Shown: positions 1-8,715, numbered from the stretch's first letter. The stretch is 31,933 nucleotides of DNA from Thermoplasmatota archaeon (GCA_016929175.1 JAFGJI010000031.1:1-31933); one strand, 5' to 3'. Numbers and translations are program-made. Notes: generated from the letters alone by a model not told the origin.

Positions 1-13
1 AGCTTCGATCGTT

Positions 14-1267
14 TTGGATAATGACTACATGATGGACCTTCCTGCCACGGGGGAGTTCCCTGTTATCGTAAGGAACGACGGCAATACCCTATCCGCGGTC
101 GGATCGATGTTCGAAGGGATCCCGATGTCCGCAACGGGCCCCCGGATCACCGAACCGGGGGAAGAAACATCGATCGATGTAGGATATGACCTCTCCGACG
201 TGGTCATTCAGACTTCCGGCGTTCTCAAGGCGTTTTCCGGGGATTGGGTGTCGGATGAGGGCCTGGAGGTCACATTCATCAGAGAGGGGGACCTCTTTCA
301 CCTGCTTTTCAGGAGGGGGCCATTCCTGATCATCAAACCTGCAGAGCTGATCGATCCGAAGACCAATAAAGTGGACCTGTTCTGTCTCGGGGGCGGGCTT
401 TCGAACGTAGGGATGGAGATCGTAGAAGGTCCCGATAGGGCAAGGATCAGAACTGATATGAGACTGGACCTGTCCAACCTTGACCGTGATGAGCTGTCCT
501 TTGAGGTCTCCGGGCTCGAAAAGGACGGTATCGTAATTGTCCGCGGATACGGATTCAGCGGGGAGACGAAGGTGGTTTCCAACTCAGTCCCTGTTCTGAT
601 AGAAGCAGATGCCGTTCGATCTGCCGCCGTTCCGGTCCCGGTAGTTGTGGGGGGCGGAGCCGCTGTTTTTTCAGTGATAGTGGCGGGCTCGGCTGCATAT
701 TTCTATTCTGCCTCCGAGGTGTTCAAATACAGGTGGCTCACATTGGCACTCGTGCCCCTTTATTCTCTGGTCCATGATGAGAAGGTCCTCGATCATTTCT
801 TCCGGGGGCGTCTTTTCGAGTACATCAAGGAGCACCCTGGTGTGACCTTTACTGCTCTGAAGGACCACTTCGAGGTGAACAACGGTACCTTGACCTATCA
901 TCTCCACAGGCTCGAGAAGGAGGAGCTCGTGGTACATCGGAACCTGGGCAAGTACAAGATGTTCTATGCCGATGGGGTCAAAATAAAGGGCTGCGAGGTT
1001 GTGATCTCACAAATGGACAAGGACATCATCGAACTCGTTTCAAGAAACCCCGGGATAACCCCCGCTCTGGTATTTGCCGATCTTCGGGGGGAGCGCTCCA
1101 GAAGGACGATATCAAGGCATCTGAAACAGCTGGAGCGGAAAGGTTTCATTGATGTGGAGTCCCGACATGGGGAAAGGAGATTGTTCATTGCAGGCGAGCT
1201 CGAAAGGGTACTTATGCCAAGAAAAGGAGTGGTCGAGGTCGTCGAGATGACCGGTGTGGAGACATGA
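14..1267 (+). CDS. Membrane-anchored transcriptional regulator with two C-terminal winged-helix HTH domains (COG3398-like); 5'-partial
   Basis: The frame is open to the window edge, so the true start is probably upstream. An acidic beta-rich N-region is followed by a hydrophobic helix (VPVPVVVGGGAAVFSVIVAGSAAYFY) and two wHTH units (RGRLFEYIKEHPG..GTLTYHLHRLEKEELV; DKDIIELVSRNPG..RTISRHLKQLERKGFI). Confidence 0.8.
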   Translation: MDNDYMMDLPATGEFPVIVRNDGNTLSAVGSMFEGIPMSATGPRITEPGEETSIDVGYDLSDVVIQTSGVLKAFSGDWVSDEGLEVTFIREGDLFHLLFRRGPFLIIKPAELIDPKTNKVDLFCLGGGLSNVGMEIVEGPDRARIRTDMRLDLSNLDRDELSFEVSGLEKDGIVIVRGYGFSGETKVVSNSVPVLIEADAVRSAAVPVPVVVGGGAAVFSVIVAGSAAYFYSASEVFKYRWLTLALVPLYSLVHDEKVLDHFFRGRLFEYIKEHPGVTFTALKDHFEVNNGTLTYHLHRLEKEELVVHRNLGKYKMFYADGVKIKGCEVVISQMDKDIIELVSRNPGITPALVFADLRGERSRRTISRHLKQLERKGFIDVESRHGERRLFIAGELERVLMPRKGVVEVVEMTGVET

Positions 1268-1280
1268 TATTATTTGTTCT

Positions 1281-1343
1281 GTTCGAATCCACCCTTTGGC
1301 TATACTATGTAAAAAATGTTGGCGCCGCAGGGCGGATTCGAAC
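1281..1343. repeat. Imperfect inverted repeat: 20-nt copy of the tRNA-Asn 3' end (1281-1300) facing the tRNA (1324-1343)
   Basis: 1281-1300 GTTCGAATCCACCCTTTGGC vs tRNA sense GTTCGAATCCGCCCTGCGGC: 17/20 identical, 23-nt spacer. Confidence 0.75.
1311..1316 (-). terminator. Oligo-T tract just downstream of tRNA-Asn (archaeal-type terminator)
   Basis: A6 on + (T6 on -), 3 nt after the encoded CCA. Confidence 0.4.
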
Positions 1344-1396
1344 CGACGACCTTACGGTTAACAGCCGTACGCTCTAACCTGCTAAGCTACTGCGGC
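1320..1396 (-). tRNA. tRNA-Asn (anticodon GTT), CCA encoded, no intron
   Basis: Reverse complement GCCGCAGTAGCTTAGCAGGTTAGAGCGTACGGCTGTTAACCGTAAGGTCGTCGGTTCGAATCCGCCCTGCGGCGCCA folds as a cloverleaf: 7-bp acceptor stem, CTGTTAA anticodon loop, TTCGAAT T-loop. Confidence 0.97.
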
Positions 1397-1429
1397 GTAT
1401 GCTTGGCATAGGGGCCAATATTGAAATCT

Positions 1430-1437
1430 TATATAAA
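1430..1437 (-). promoter_or_regulatory. Putative TATA box of tRNA-Asn
   Basis: TTTATATA on the - strand, 33 nt upstream of the mature tRNA 5' end. Confidence 0.5.
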
Positions 1438-1807
1438 ACATGCTGTGTGTATTCTTGACGGCCATCCAGACGTCATTTCGATGGAGTGATCGAAAGGAAA
1501 AAGCACCGATGAAGGATCGGGACTTTCCCCTACCGTTCACCAGGCAAGAAGAACGCAACGGGAGCCCGGAGAAATTCTCCCCCTGGCATGAGGAAGGTCC
1601 CGCAGCTTGGGGTCAGATAATCAATAATGATGACATCACAGGAAAGATATGTTAAAGGAAAAACCCGAAATTATGGCCATTCTCCCACACGGGAGCACTG
1701 GAATGGGTAATAATGGTATCTTTAGGCCTTTTAATAAGGATTATGTAATATGTGTCTATTTACCATCCGGAACGAGATCCCATCGGATTCCAAAAGGGGG
1801 AGCAAAC

Positions 1808-2977
1808 ATGAGGTCATACATCTTGATATCAATGTCTTTGTGCCTGGTTTTACTTATGAGCATGGCATCGAACGTATCCGGAGAAGGCCAGATAATGGAA
1901 AAGACGGACCCGGATGGCGATGTTCTAATGATGACGGATCCCTTCGCCGAAAAGAACGAGGTGTCCAACGACTGCGAGGTCCTTTCTGCCTCCATCGATT
2001 GGTCCGGAGATGTGGTAGTGTGCCAGTTCACTGTCAAAGGAGAGGCGGTTGCCACTTCCTCCGATGACAGCACGAACATATACTACTTCAACATCGATCT
2101 GACAACGGAGACCGATGAGGAGGAAATATTCTTCATCTATACTTCCACCGGACTCTCCGGAGGATCGCTCGAGACCGGAGCGATCGCTCTATCCTCTGAT
2201 GATTTCTCATCCGAGAGTGGTACCTTCACATTCGAGTTCGACAAGACACATTTCGGGAGCTATACCGAGGTCCTGGATATCGAGGTCAGGGCGACCAATA
2301 CAAACGGATGGATGGATGAGATAAGATGGGACGAGGGATTGCCCGGTGATGATGATATAATAGACGATGACACGGTGGATGATGATGAAGAACCCCAAAT
2401 ACCGGACCCGAAGACCGAAACACCAACGGATGACAGCATCTCCGTGGATATCAAGACCGCATCCTTCGAATACGAGGTCACCGAGGAGCACATGACCGTC
2501 GAGATCAAGATAACAGGAACGACATCCGGAGATGTCCACCACTGCTCGAACGTCATGATCACATATGATGAGAATGGAGATCCTGAGGACCTTGAGGATG
2601 CCGAATGGGAGGTTGGACCGGACGTAACCGAGAGGATGACCTTCCTTGGATACACGATAGAGCAGTATTTCGGGGGAAAGGGAGACGGCGGCGAGGATGA
2701 TTGGTCAAAATGGGAGTTCTACGTCTACATGGACGGTCCGTTCGATGAGAACATGACACTGTTCGATACCGATGACATGGAGGACAAAACGGCGGTATTC
2801 TATCTCAGGGCTTACTCCGATGAGAGTGAGACCGGATGGAACCAGGCCTCCAGGGATATGACAGATGAGATAAAGGATGATGACGAAAAAGACAGTCCAG
2901 GTCTCTCTCTGATCCTTGTTCTTGCATCGGTGGCTGCGGCTGCGATCATTATAGGTTACGGCAGAAGAAGGGATTGA
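1808..2977 (+). CDS. Secreted acidic two-domain surface protein with PGF-CTERM-like C-terminal sorting signal
   Basis: ATG 1808 follows a GGGGGAG SD and opens a signal peptide (MRSYILISMSLCLVLLMSMASNVSG); the ORF-track start at 1649 is probably too long. The C-terminus is DSPGL + hydrophobic helix + GRRRD. Confidence 0.8.
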   Translation: MRSYILISMSLCLVLLMSMASNVSGEGQIMEKTDPDGDVLMMTDPFAEKNEVSNDCEVLSASIDWSGDVVVCQFTVKGEAVATSSDDSTNIYYFNIDLTTETDEEEIFFIYTSTGLSGGSLETGAIALSSDDFSSESGTFTFEFDKTHFGSYTEVLDIEVRATNTNGWMDEIRWDEGLPGDDDIIDDDTVDDDEEPQIPDPKTETPTDDSISVDIKTASFEYEVTEEHMTVEIKITGTTSGDVHHCSNVMITYDENGDPEDLEDAEWEVGPDVTERMTFLGYTIEQYFGGKGDGGEDDWSKWEFYVYMDGPFDENMTLFDTDDMEDKTAVFYLRAYSDESETGWNQASRDMTDEIKDDDEKDSPGLSLILVLASVAAAAIIIGYGRRRD

Positions 2978-2978
2978 A

Positions 2979-5900
2979 TTGAAGCGAGTTGCCTGCATAC
3001 TCATCTTTCTAGCTATGGCTATGAACATGTTCAATTTGACCGGGAACGGGGAGGAGCAGGGGACAAGGGCCACGGTCCTCCCCCCGTATGTTCACAACGA
3101 CTTTAATTTCGATGAAGATGAATACCTTCTGATCCAGGACATGTACATCGATGCGGGAGTGCAGGTCAACTTCACAAGTTGCACGGTCAAGGTTTCGAAG
3201 AATACGGAACCGATCAGAATATGGGTCGATGGTAATGTAAAGCTAGGTAATGTGCATTTCATCTCTGGAGCCACGGATCCAAGACCAGGGGACTGGCAAG
3301 GTTTTGTCGTTAGAGGCAGGTCAAACTTCGCCATGGGGTACTCGTCCATAGAACATGCGGTGGTCGGTGTTGACCTGTTTCATTCAGAGGATTCAACAAT
3401 GATTAGGTTCAGCTCTTTCACGAACATGTCAATAGCCGGGATAAGGTTCAACAACTTCGAATATACGAACGGAACGATATATGCTCCGCACGATGTGTAT
3501 ATCTACAATACCATTTTCAAGGACTGCGGATGGGGGATCATCGAGAACGGTTTCAATACCGAGATCGAGAAATGTGAATTCATCAATAATGATCCTGGTG
3601 GGATTCTGGTCGGGAACGGCACATATCCATTCTCCAAGGGTCTGTATCTAGATCGCAACACTTTCACCGATAACAGGAACGCATCCATTCAGATCGGCTC
3701 GGAGGGCGACCGGTCCTGTGGTATTACCGATCTGCACACATATCATAATGAATTCAGGTCAACAGGGTTTGCTAAAAATTATGTTGTTTCAAGAATCCCC
3801 TCAACTAACCTGACTTTCCAATACGATTATTTTTATGAGGGTTATCAGGGTAATATCATGGAAATGGAAGATTGTGAAGACCTGCTTCTACGGAACAACC
3901 ATTTCTATGGTATAGAAGAGAATGGAAAATTTGCACTTCTTCTTTCCGGCTTCCGGAATTTCAACGCCACCTCAAATTATCTTTTTGGAATGGGCGGGGA
4001 CATGCTCGTTCAGGATGGAGATATTGCCAAATTCCGGGTAAATCAATTGAGAAGTGAGTGTGCGATCACCTGCAACAATGTCACAGATGCGGCCATTCAC
4101 AAGAATTACGGAGGTTTCATATCTGTAAAGAAATCCGCTCCCGTTGCGATCTACGATAATCGGGGAAGCGACATACGCGTGAGCGGATCGATAAACGCAA
4201 GGGAGATCGGTGACATCCTCGTGTTCAACAACAGTGTCGGCCAGTCAGAGGATACGTCGATGTACTTTGCCGATAATATCAGAACATACATCTGTAATAA
4301 TTCGATCTTGCGTTCCGGGGGGTCGGGGATGGCATTCAGGTCCCAATACACATCCGGTATCCAGTACATTCTGGAGAACAATACGATCATGAATTCCACG
4401 GATTACGATATCGAGATGGACCAGTTCATGGAGGCGGAATATGGGATCATCATCAAGAACACGACATTCGATCCCGAGAAGGTCAAACTTGAATGGAATA
4501 CCACGATCCAGGCATGCTGGTTCATGAAGGTGAGGACCCTCAACGATATCAAGGGACCCCTTGACGCTTTTATGAACGTGATGAACAGCACTGGGATACA
4601 TGACAGCGATCACGAGGTATCGGGAGAATGGGGTCTGGTACAGGGTCCTTACATGGAATTCGTCTACAATACGACCGACACCTGGGAGGAGAGATCGGAT
4701 CCGAAATATGAGGATGTGATGTGCGACCTCACTTTCACCGCAGATAACCGACTGTGGGAAACCACTGTCAACTGGTCCAGATATCTGGAGATGGACCTCA
4801 CCTTGGATGCTTTTCCCGTGTTCAACGACCCGGAGATCATCCATTTCGATGAGGATCAGCTTCTCGACCTGAACATATCCGACCTCTTCTCGGACCTTGA
4901 TGCTATCGATGTCGAGATCACCGGTTCGGATGGGAACCTCACCTTTGAAAATGATACGGTAAGGTCAACTTTCGAGAACTGGACCGGGACCTCCAACGTG
5001 ACCTTCAGGGCAACGGACACGTTCGGCAATCACACCGACGGAACGGTTACGTTCATCGTTGACCCGATAAATGATGCTCCGGCAATTTCTCCCGAGCCTG
5101 ATGATATTTTCATGGACGAGGACACGGTCCATGTCATTGAACTGGGGCTTCACATGTATGATGCCGAAGACGACCTTCTCGAATGGACCTTCGAGGAAAC
5201 GGAGCATCTGGCCATATCATTGGACAATGTGACATGGAACCTCACGATCGCTCCAGATGAGAATTGGTATGGCAATACGAGCCTGACCCTGCATCTTGGC
5301 GATGGGCAGACATTATCGAACATCACCGTTGAGGTCAACGTTCGATCTGTGAACGATGCACCCGTGTTCAACGCACCGGAGAACTGGAACATCACAGTTT
5401 ACAGAGGTACGCTTCAGACCATCGATCTCCTCTCGATGGTATTCGATGTTGAGGATGATGAGATATCATTCTCGATGGACCCATCATCGGAATATGTTAC
5501 CATAACCAACGGCGAGCTTGCAATTCTCTTCCCCGAGAGCACCGATGCAACTCTTTTAACCTTGGAGATAACGGCTGATGACGGCAACGGAGGAACGGAT
5601 ACGGTCTCACTTCGTATCATCATCGATCATGGAACGTCTCCTCCGCCAGAGGGTTGGGACCTGTACTCATCCAACGTGGAGGTTGATGAAAAAGGAAACT
5701 GGTATGTGGGAGCTGCGGGATCGCCCGGGATCGATGTGTATCTGGTCGTGAAGGACGAGGAGGGAAAAACGGCAACCTACAAGATGGAGGAAGACAGCGA
5801 ACACCCGGGCAACTACTCGCTGGAGATAGACAGCAGCAAGTTCGAGGAGGGAATGGTATACTCCTACTTCTTCACGAATGCAACGGGTAACGGGGACCTG

Positions 5901-6074
5901 GAACCTGACCTGTCGGGGATCGAGGTCCAACCAGGGGAAGAGGTCGAGGAGGTTCCCAGCCTGTGGGCGCTCATAATCGGAGGGATCTGTATCACGCTCC
6001 TGGTTGTGCTGGTGATCATCTTATTGATAGTTGTTATTGCACGAAGATCAGGAAAAGGACATGAGGAAGAATAG
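2979..6074 (+). CDS. Large surface glycoprotein: right-handed parallel beta-helix (pectin-lyase-like/NosD-like) region, tandem Ig-like (tandem-95/cadherin-like) repeats, C-terminal TM anchor
   Basis: TTG start 1 nt after the upstream stop; signal peptide; N/F/I-rich beta-helix ladders; INDAP/VNDAP and ENWYG repeat motifs; about 30 N-x-S/T sequons; C-terminal TM followed by RRSGK. Confidence 0.8.
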   Translation: MKRVACILIFLAMAMNMFNLTGNGEEQGTRATVLPPYVHNDFNFDEDEYLLIQDMYIDAGVQVNFTSCTVKVSKNTEPIRIWVDGNVKLGNVHFISGATDPRPGDWQGFVVRGRSNFAMGYSSIEHAVVGVDLFHSEDSTMIRFSSFTNMSIAGIRFNNFEYTNGTIYAPHDVYIYNTIFKDCGWGIIENGFNTEIEKCEFINNDPGGILVGNGTYPFSKGLYLDRNTFTDNRNASIQIGSEGDRSCGITDLHTYHNEFRSTGFAKNYVVSRIPSTNLTFQYDYFYEGYQGNIMEMEDCEDLLLRNNHFYGIEENGKFALLLSGFRNFNATSNYLFGMGGDMLVQDGDIAKFRVNQLRSECAITCNNVTDAAIHKNYGGFISVKKSAPVAIYDNRGSDIRVSGSINAREIGDILVFNNSVGQSEDTSMYFADNIRTYICNNSILRSGGSGMAFRSQYTSGIQYILENNTIMNSTDYDIEMDQFMEAEYGIIIKNTTFDPEKVKLEWNTTIQACWFMKVRTLNDIKGPLDAFMNVMNSTGIHDSDHEVSGEWGLVQGPYMEFVYNTTDTWEERSDPKYEDVMCDLTFTADNRLWETTVNWSRYLEMDLTLDAFPVFNDPEIIHFDEDQLLDLNISDLFSDLDAIDVEITGSDGNLTFENDTVRSTFENWTGTSNVTFRATDTFGNHTDGTVTFIVDPINDAPAISPEPDDIFMDEDTVHVIELGLHMYDAEDDLLEWTFEETEHLAISLDNVTWNLTIAPDENWYGNTSLTLHLGDGQTLSNITVEVNVRSVNDAPVFNAPENWNITVYRGTLQTIDLLSMVFDVEDDEISFSMDPSSEYVTITNGELAILFPESTDATLLTLEITADDGNGGTDTVSLRIIIDHGTSPPPEGWDLYSSNVEVDEKGNWYVGAAGSPGIDVYLVVKDEEGKTATYKMEEDSEHPGNYSLEIDSSKFEEGMVYSYFFTNATGNGDLEPDLSGIEVQPGEEVEEVPSLWALIIGGICITLLVVLVIILLIVVIARRSGKGHEEE

Positions 6075-6228
6075 TCATAGGCCGATCATAATGAGTATTG
6101 ACGGGCCAGGCCGAGTCCGTTCATTAATAAAGGTCATGGATCAAACTATGAAGGAGTTCAATAATGGAATTACCAAGTACGGGGAACATTTTCATTCAGG
6201 TTTTCATTCGGTTGGAATGGAGTTAGAA

Positions 6229-6729
6229 ATGATCATAAGAAAAGAAGCCGTTGAAGATATCGATGCGATCACGAAAGTTACCATTTCGGCCTTCAAGGAC
6301 CACCCGATAAGCAGACAAACAGAGCATTTCATCATACATGCACTACGTGCAGCAGGGGGGCTTACCATCTCCCTCGTGGCGGAGATCGATGGGCGAATTG
6401 TCGGGTAAATTGCTTTTTCACCGTTAATGATTTCAGATGGAACCGATGACTGGTATGGGATGGGTCCGGTTTCAGTGTTACCTGAATTTCAGAAACAGGG
6501 TATTGGGAGATCTCTTGTCAACGAGGGGTTGTCCATTCTGAAAAGGATGGGGGCCAAAGGCTGTGCACTTGTCAGCCCTCTGGATTATTACGTTAGATTC
6601 GGATTCAATAATATTCCAACTCTCATTCACGAAGGGATCCCTCAGGAAGTCTTTCCTGTCTTGCCGTTCACGGAAGAGGTCCCTGAAGGGATCGTAACTT
6701 TTCATGAAGTTTTTTCAGCTCAAAGTTGA
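6229..6729 (+). pseudogene. GNAT N-acetyltransferase (YhbS-like) interrupted by in-frame TAA at 6406-6408
   Basis: ORFs 6031-6408 and 6427-6729 are in the same frame and join as MIIRKE..GRIVG*IAFSPLMISDG..GPVSVLPEFQKQGIGRSLV (GNAT motif A). GGAG SD precedes ATG 6229. Confidence 0.85.
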
Positions 6730-7027
6730 AAAATGCGAACCTGTAAACCTTTCGCTTCCAACCGGTTCTATTGTTACCATTTGAACCATACCTTTCCATT
6801 CAGAAGGGTCCATGGTATGCAATTTTTCAATAACATTGTTGAAAGGAACGACAGAGAACCCGCAATAAAAACACCATTCATCAATCCGATTGTGAACATG
6901 AGATTATATTAAAGGGGCGGTTCGGCTCTATCATGGAACATAAAGCAGCGCTCAAAATGGATGCGATGATCGAATTGATACGAAAAGGCCGCGGCTCCGA
7001 ACAAGCATCTCCAGGGGTGATTCGGCG

Positions 7028-7540
7028 ATGAGGATAGAATATGTTCATGCTTCGAAATACGGGAACGGAGCAATGGTTGCACAAGAGTTCAGAATGCAGA
7101 TGGCCTCCAAAGGGATTGTTGTTAATATTCATCATACCAGGGATGCGAAACCAAAGGAGATGCCTCCATCGGATCTATATATTTTCAGCTCTCCAGGTCG
7201 AATGGGCAGACCTATCGGATCCATGCGAAGGTTCCTCAAGAAGCTCAAGCTACCGGAAGGAACCAGATACGCAATACTAACAACTGAGTTGAAACCTCAA
7301 CCCGACTGTAAGAGCGGTCGTATGCCCACCGAGGAAGAGCTGGGCAAATGTCAATTGATCATCCCGAGAATGAACAAGGCCCTGCAGGAAAAAGGCCTCA
7401 TTAATGTGGCACAGGAGAAGGTCCTTGTCATCGGTCTGAAGGGACCGCTTGAAGAGAGCTGGGATAGGAAGATAGAGAAATTTGCAGAAGAAATATCGAT
7501 CGAACTTATAAAAAGAGGAGAGCGAGGTGATATCAAATGA
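7028..7540 (+). CDS. Flavodoxin-like domain protein
   Basis: N-terminal FMN phosphate-binding loop ASKYGNG, FSSPGRMG loop; GGGGTGA SD upstream. Confidence 0.75.
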   Translation: MRIEYVHASKYGNGAMVAQEFRMQMASKGIVVNIHHTRDAKPKEMPPSDLYIFSSPGRMGRPIGSMRRFLKKLKLPEGTRYAILTTELKPQPDCKSGRMPTEEELGKCQLIIPRMNKALQEKGLINVAQEKVLVIGLKGPLEESWDRKIEKFAEEISIELIKRGERGDIK

Positions 7541-7992
7541 AATTAAGACAGCTTTTGGGTAGCGGGGAGAAGATTATGCTGTTCACTCTGCCGTTTGTTA
7601 TTATCGGTGTGACGTTGAACATCATTCTGCCCTCGATCTTCAGCGTCGGAGGTCCATCCACTTTATTGCAGCTGGTTTCCCTGATCATTCTGATCTCCGG
7701 GGTGGCTGTATGGATATGGTCCGTGGTATTGATATTGATAAAGGTCCCCAAAAATGAACTTATAACGACCGGCCCCTACTCGGTGGTGAAGCATCCCCTG
7801 TATAATGGTGTTGCATTTCTGGTGCTTCCATGGGCCGGGTTCATCTTCAACACGTGGCTGGGGGTCGCGATCGGTCTGATGATGTATACGGGATCCAGGA
7901 TATTCTCTCCTCAGGAGGAGATACAATTATCAGATGTCTTCGGCGCCATGTGGGATGAATACTGTGAAAATGTGATGATCCCCTGGCTGTGA
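7537..7992 (+). CDS. Isoprenylcysteine carboxyl methyltransferase / PEMT family membrane protein
   Basis: Multi-TM; LITTGPYSVVKHPLY motif and C-terminal EE..L..FG..W.EY; ATGA overlap with the upstream gene. Confidence 0.85.
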   Translation: MKLRQLLGSGEKIMLFTLPFVIIGVTLNIILPSIFSVGGPSTLLQLVSLIILISGVAVWIWSVVLILIKVPKNELITTGPYSVVKHPLYNGVAFLVLPWAGFIFNTWLGVAIGLMMYTGSRIFSPQEEIQLSDVFGAMWDEYCENVMIPWL

Positions 7993-8016
7993 GGATCACA
8001 TGTGGGAGGGAAAAAG

Positions 8017-8715
8017 ATGGAGACCTTGACGACTGCTTCCGGATACAGGATAACTAGGATCTGGTCCAGGCACAGCAATTCGTACCTTATCACGGATGGC
8101 AGGTTAACTCTAATGGTGGATTCATGTTTCAAGACCCAGGGGAAAGCCATCGTGAAAAGGATCAGGAAAATGGGCATAGAAAAGATCGACCTCCTTGTCC
8201 TGACCCACTCCCATCATGACCATGCCGGAAATGCTTCAAGAATTCGAGAAGAGTTCGGATGCAAGGTCCTGATCCATAGGGAGGAGGCGGAGTATCTTGC
8301 ACACGGCAGGACCCCTCCGGTCAACGGGATTAAACCTCTATGGAAATTCTTCATGAAGCTGCTGGGCACCAGGATGCTGTCAATTATGAGATATACGGCG
8401 TGCAAACCTGACATCATCATCGACGATGACCACAGCCTGGATGGATACGGGATCAAGGGAAAGATCATCCATACTCCGGGGCACACCACGGGTTCGATAA
8501 GCATCATAATAGACGGTCAGTACGTCTTCGTCGGCGACACTCTGTACGGACTTTCAAGGAAGGGGGTCCTGCCTCCATTCGCCCAGGATAAGGAAGAGTT
8601 GATCAGGAGCTGGGGAAGATTGTTAGGAACCGAAGGAACCCGTTTCATACCCGGACATGGAAAGATACTGGAAAGGTCACAGGTCCAGACAGAATACTCG
8701 TCGCAGAAAGGGTAG
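8017..8715 (+). CDS. MBL-fold metallo-hydrolase
   Basis: THSHHDHAG (HxHxDH), HTPGHT, GD and PGHG metal-ligand motifs; ATG 8017 after GGGAGGG. Confidence 0.9.
   Translation: METLTTASGYRITRIWSRHSNSYLITDGRLTLMVDSCFKTQGKAIVKRIRKMGIEKIDLLVLTHSHHDHAGNASRIREEFGCKVLIHREEAEYLAHGRTPPVNGIKPLWKFFMKLLGTRMLSIMRYTACKPDIIIDDDHSLDGYGIKGKIIHTPGHTTGSISIIIDGQYVFVGDTLYGLSRKGVLPPFAQDKEELIRSWGRLLGTEGTRFIPGHGKILERSQVQTEYSSQKG

Noticed and set aside
1590-1600. GAGGAAGGTCC resembling the RNase P RNA P4 motif (also GGGGAAAGTCC on the - strand nearby)
   Set aside because: The other conserved RNase P regions and the 3' P4 strand are absent, and downstream sequence is AT-rich.
1649-1807. N-terminal extension of the 442-aa ORF
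   Set aside because: AT-rich, promoter-like sequence; the signal peptide and SD fit ATG 1808.
6103-6113. GGGCCAGGCCG repeated at 16724-16734, with a one-mismatch copy near 18075
   Set aside because: 11-mer repeats are expected by chance in 32 kb, and the flanks do not align.
6031-6228. Upstream extension of the GNAT ORF
   Set aside because: Overlaps the previous gene and has no GNAT similarity; the SD supports ATG 6229.
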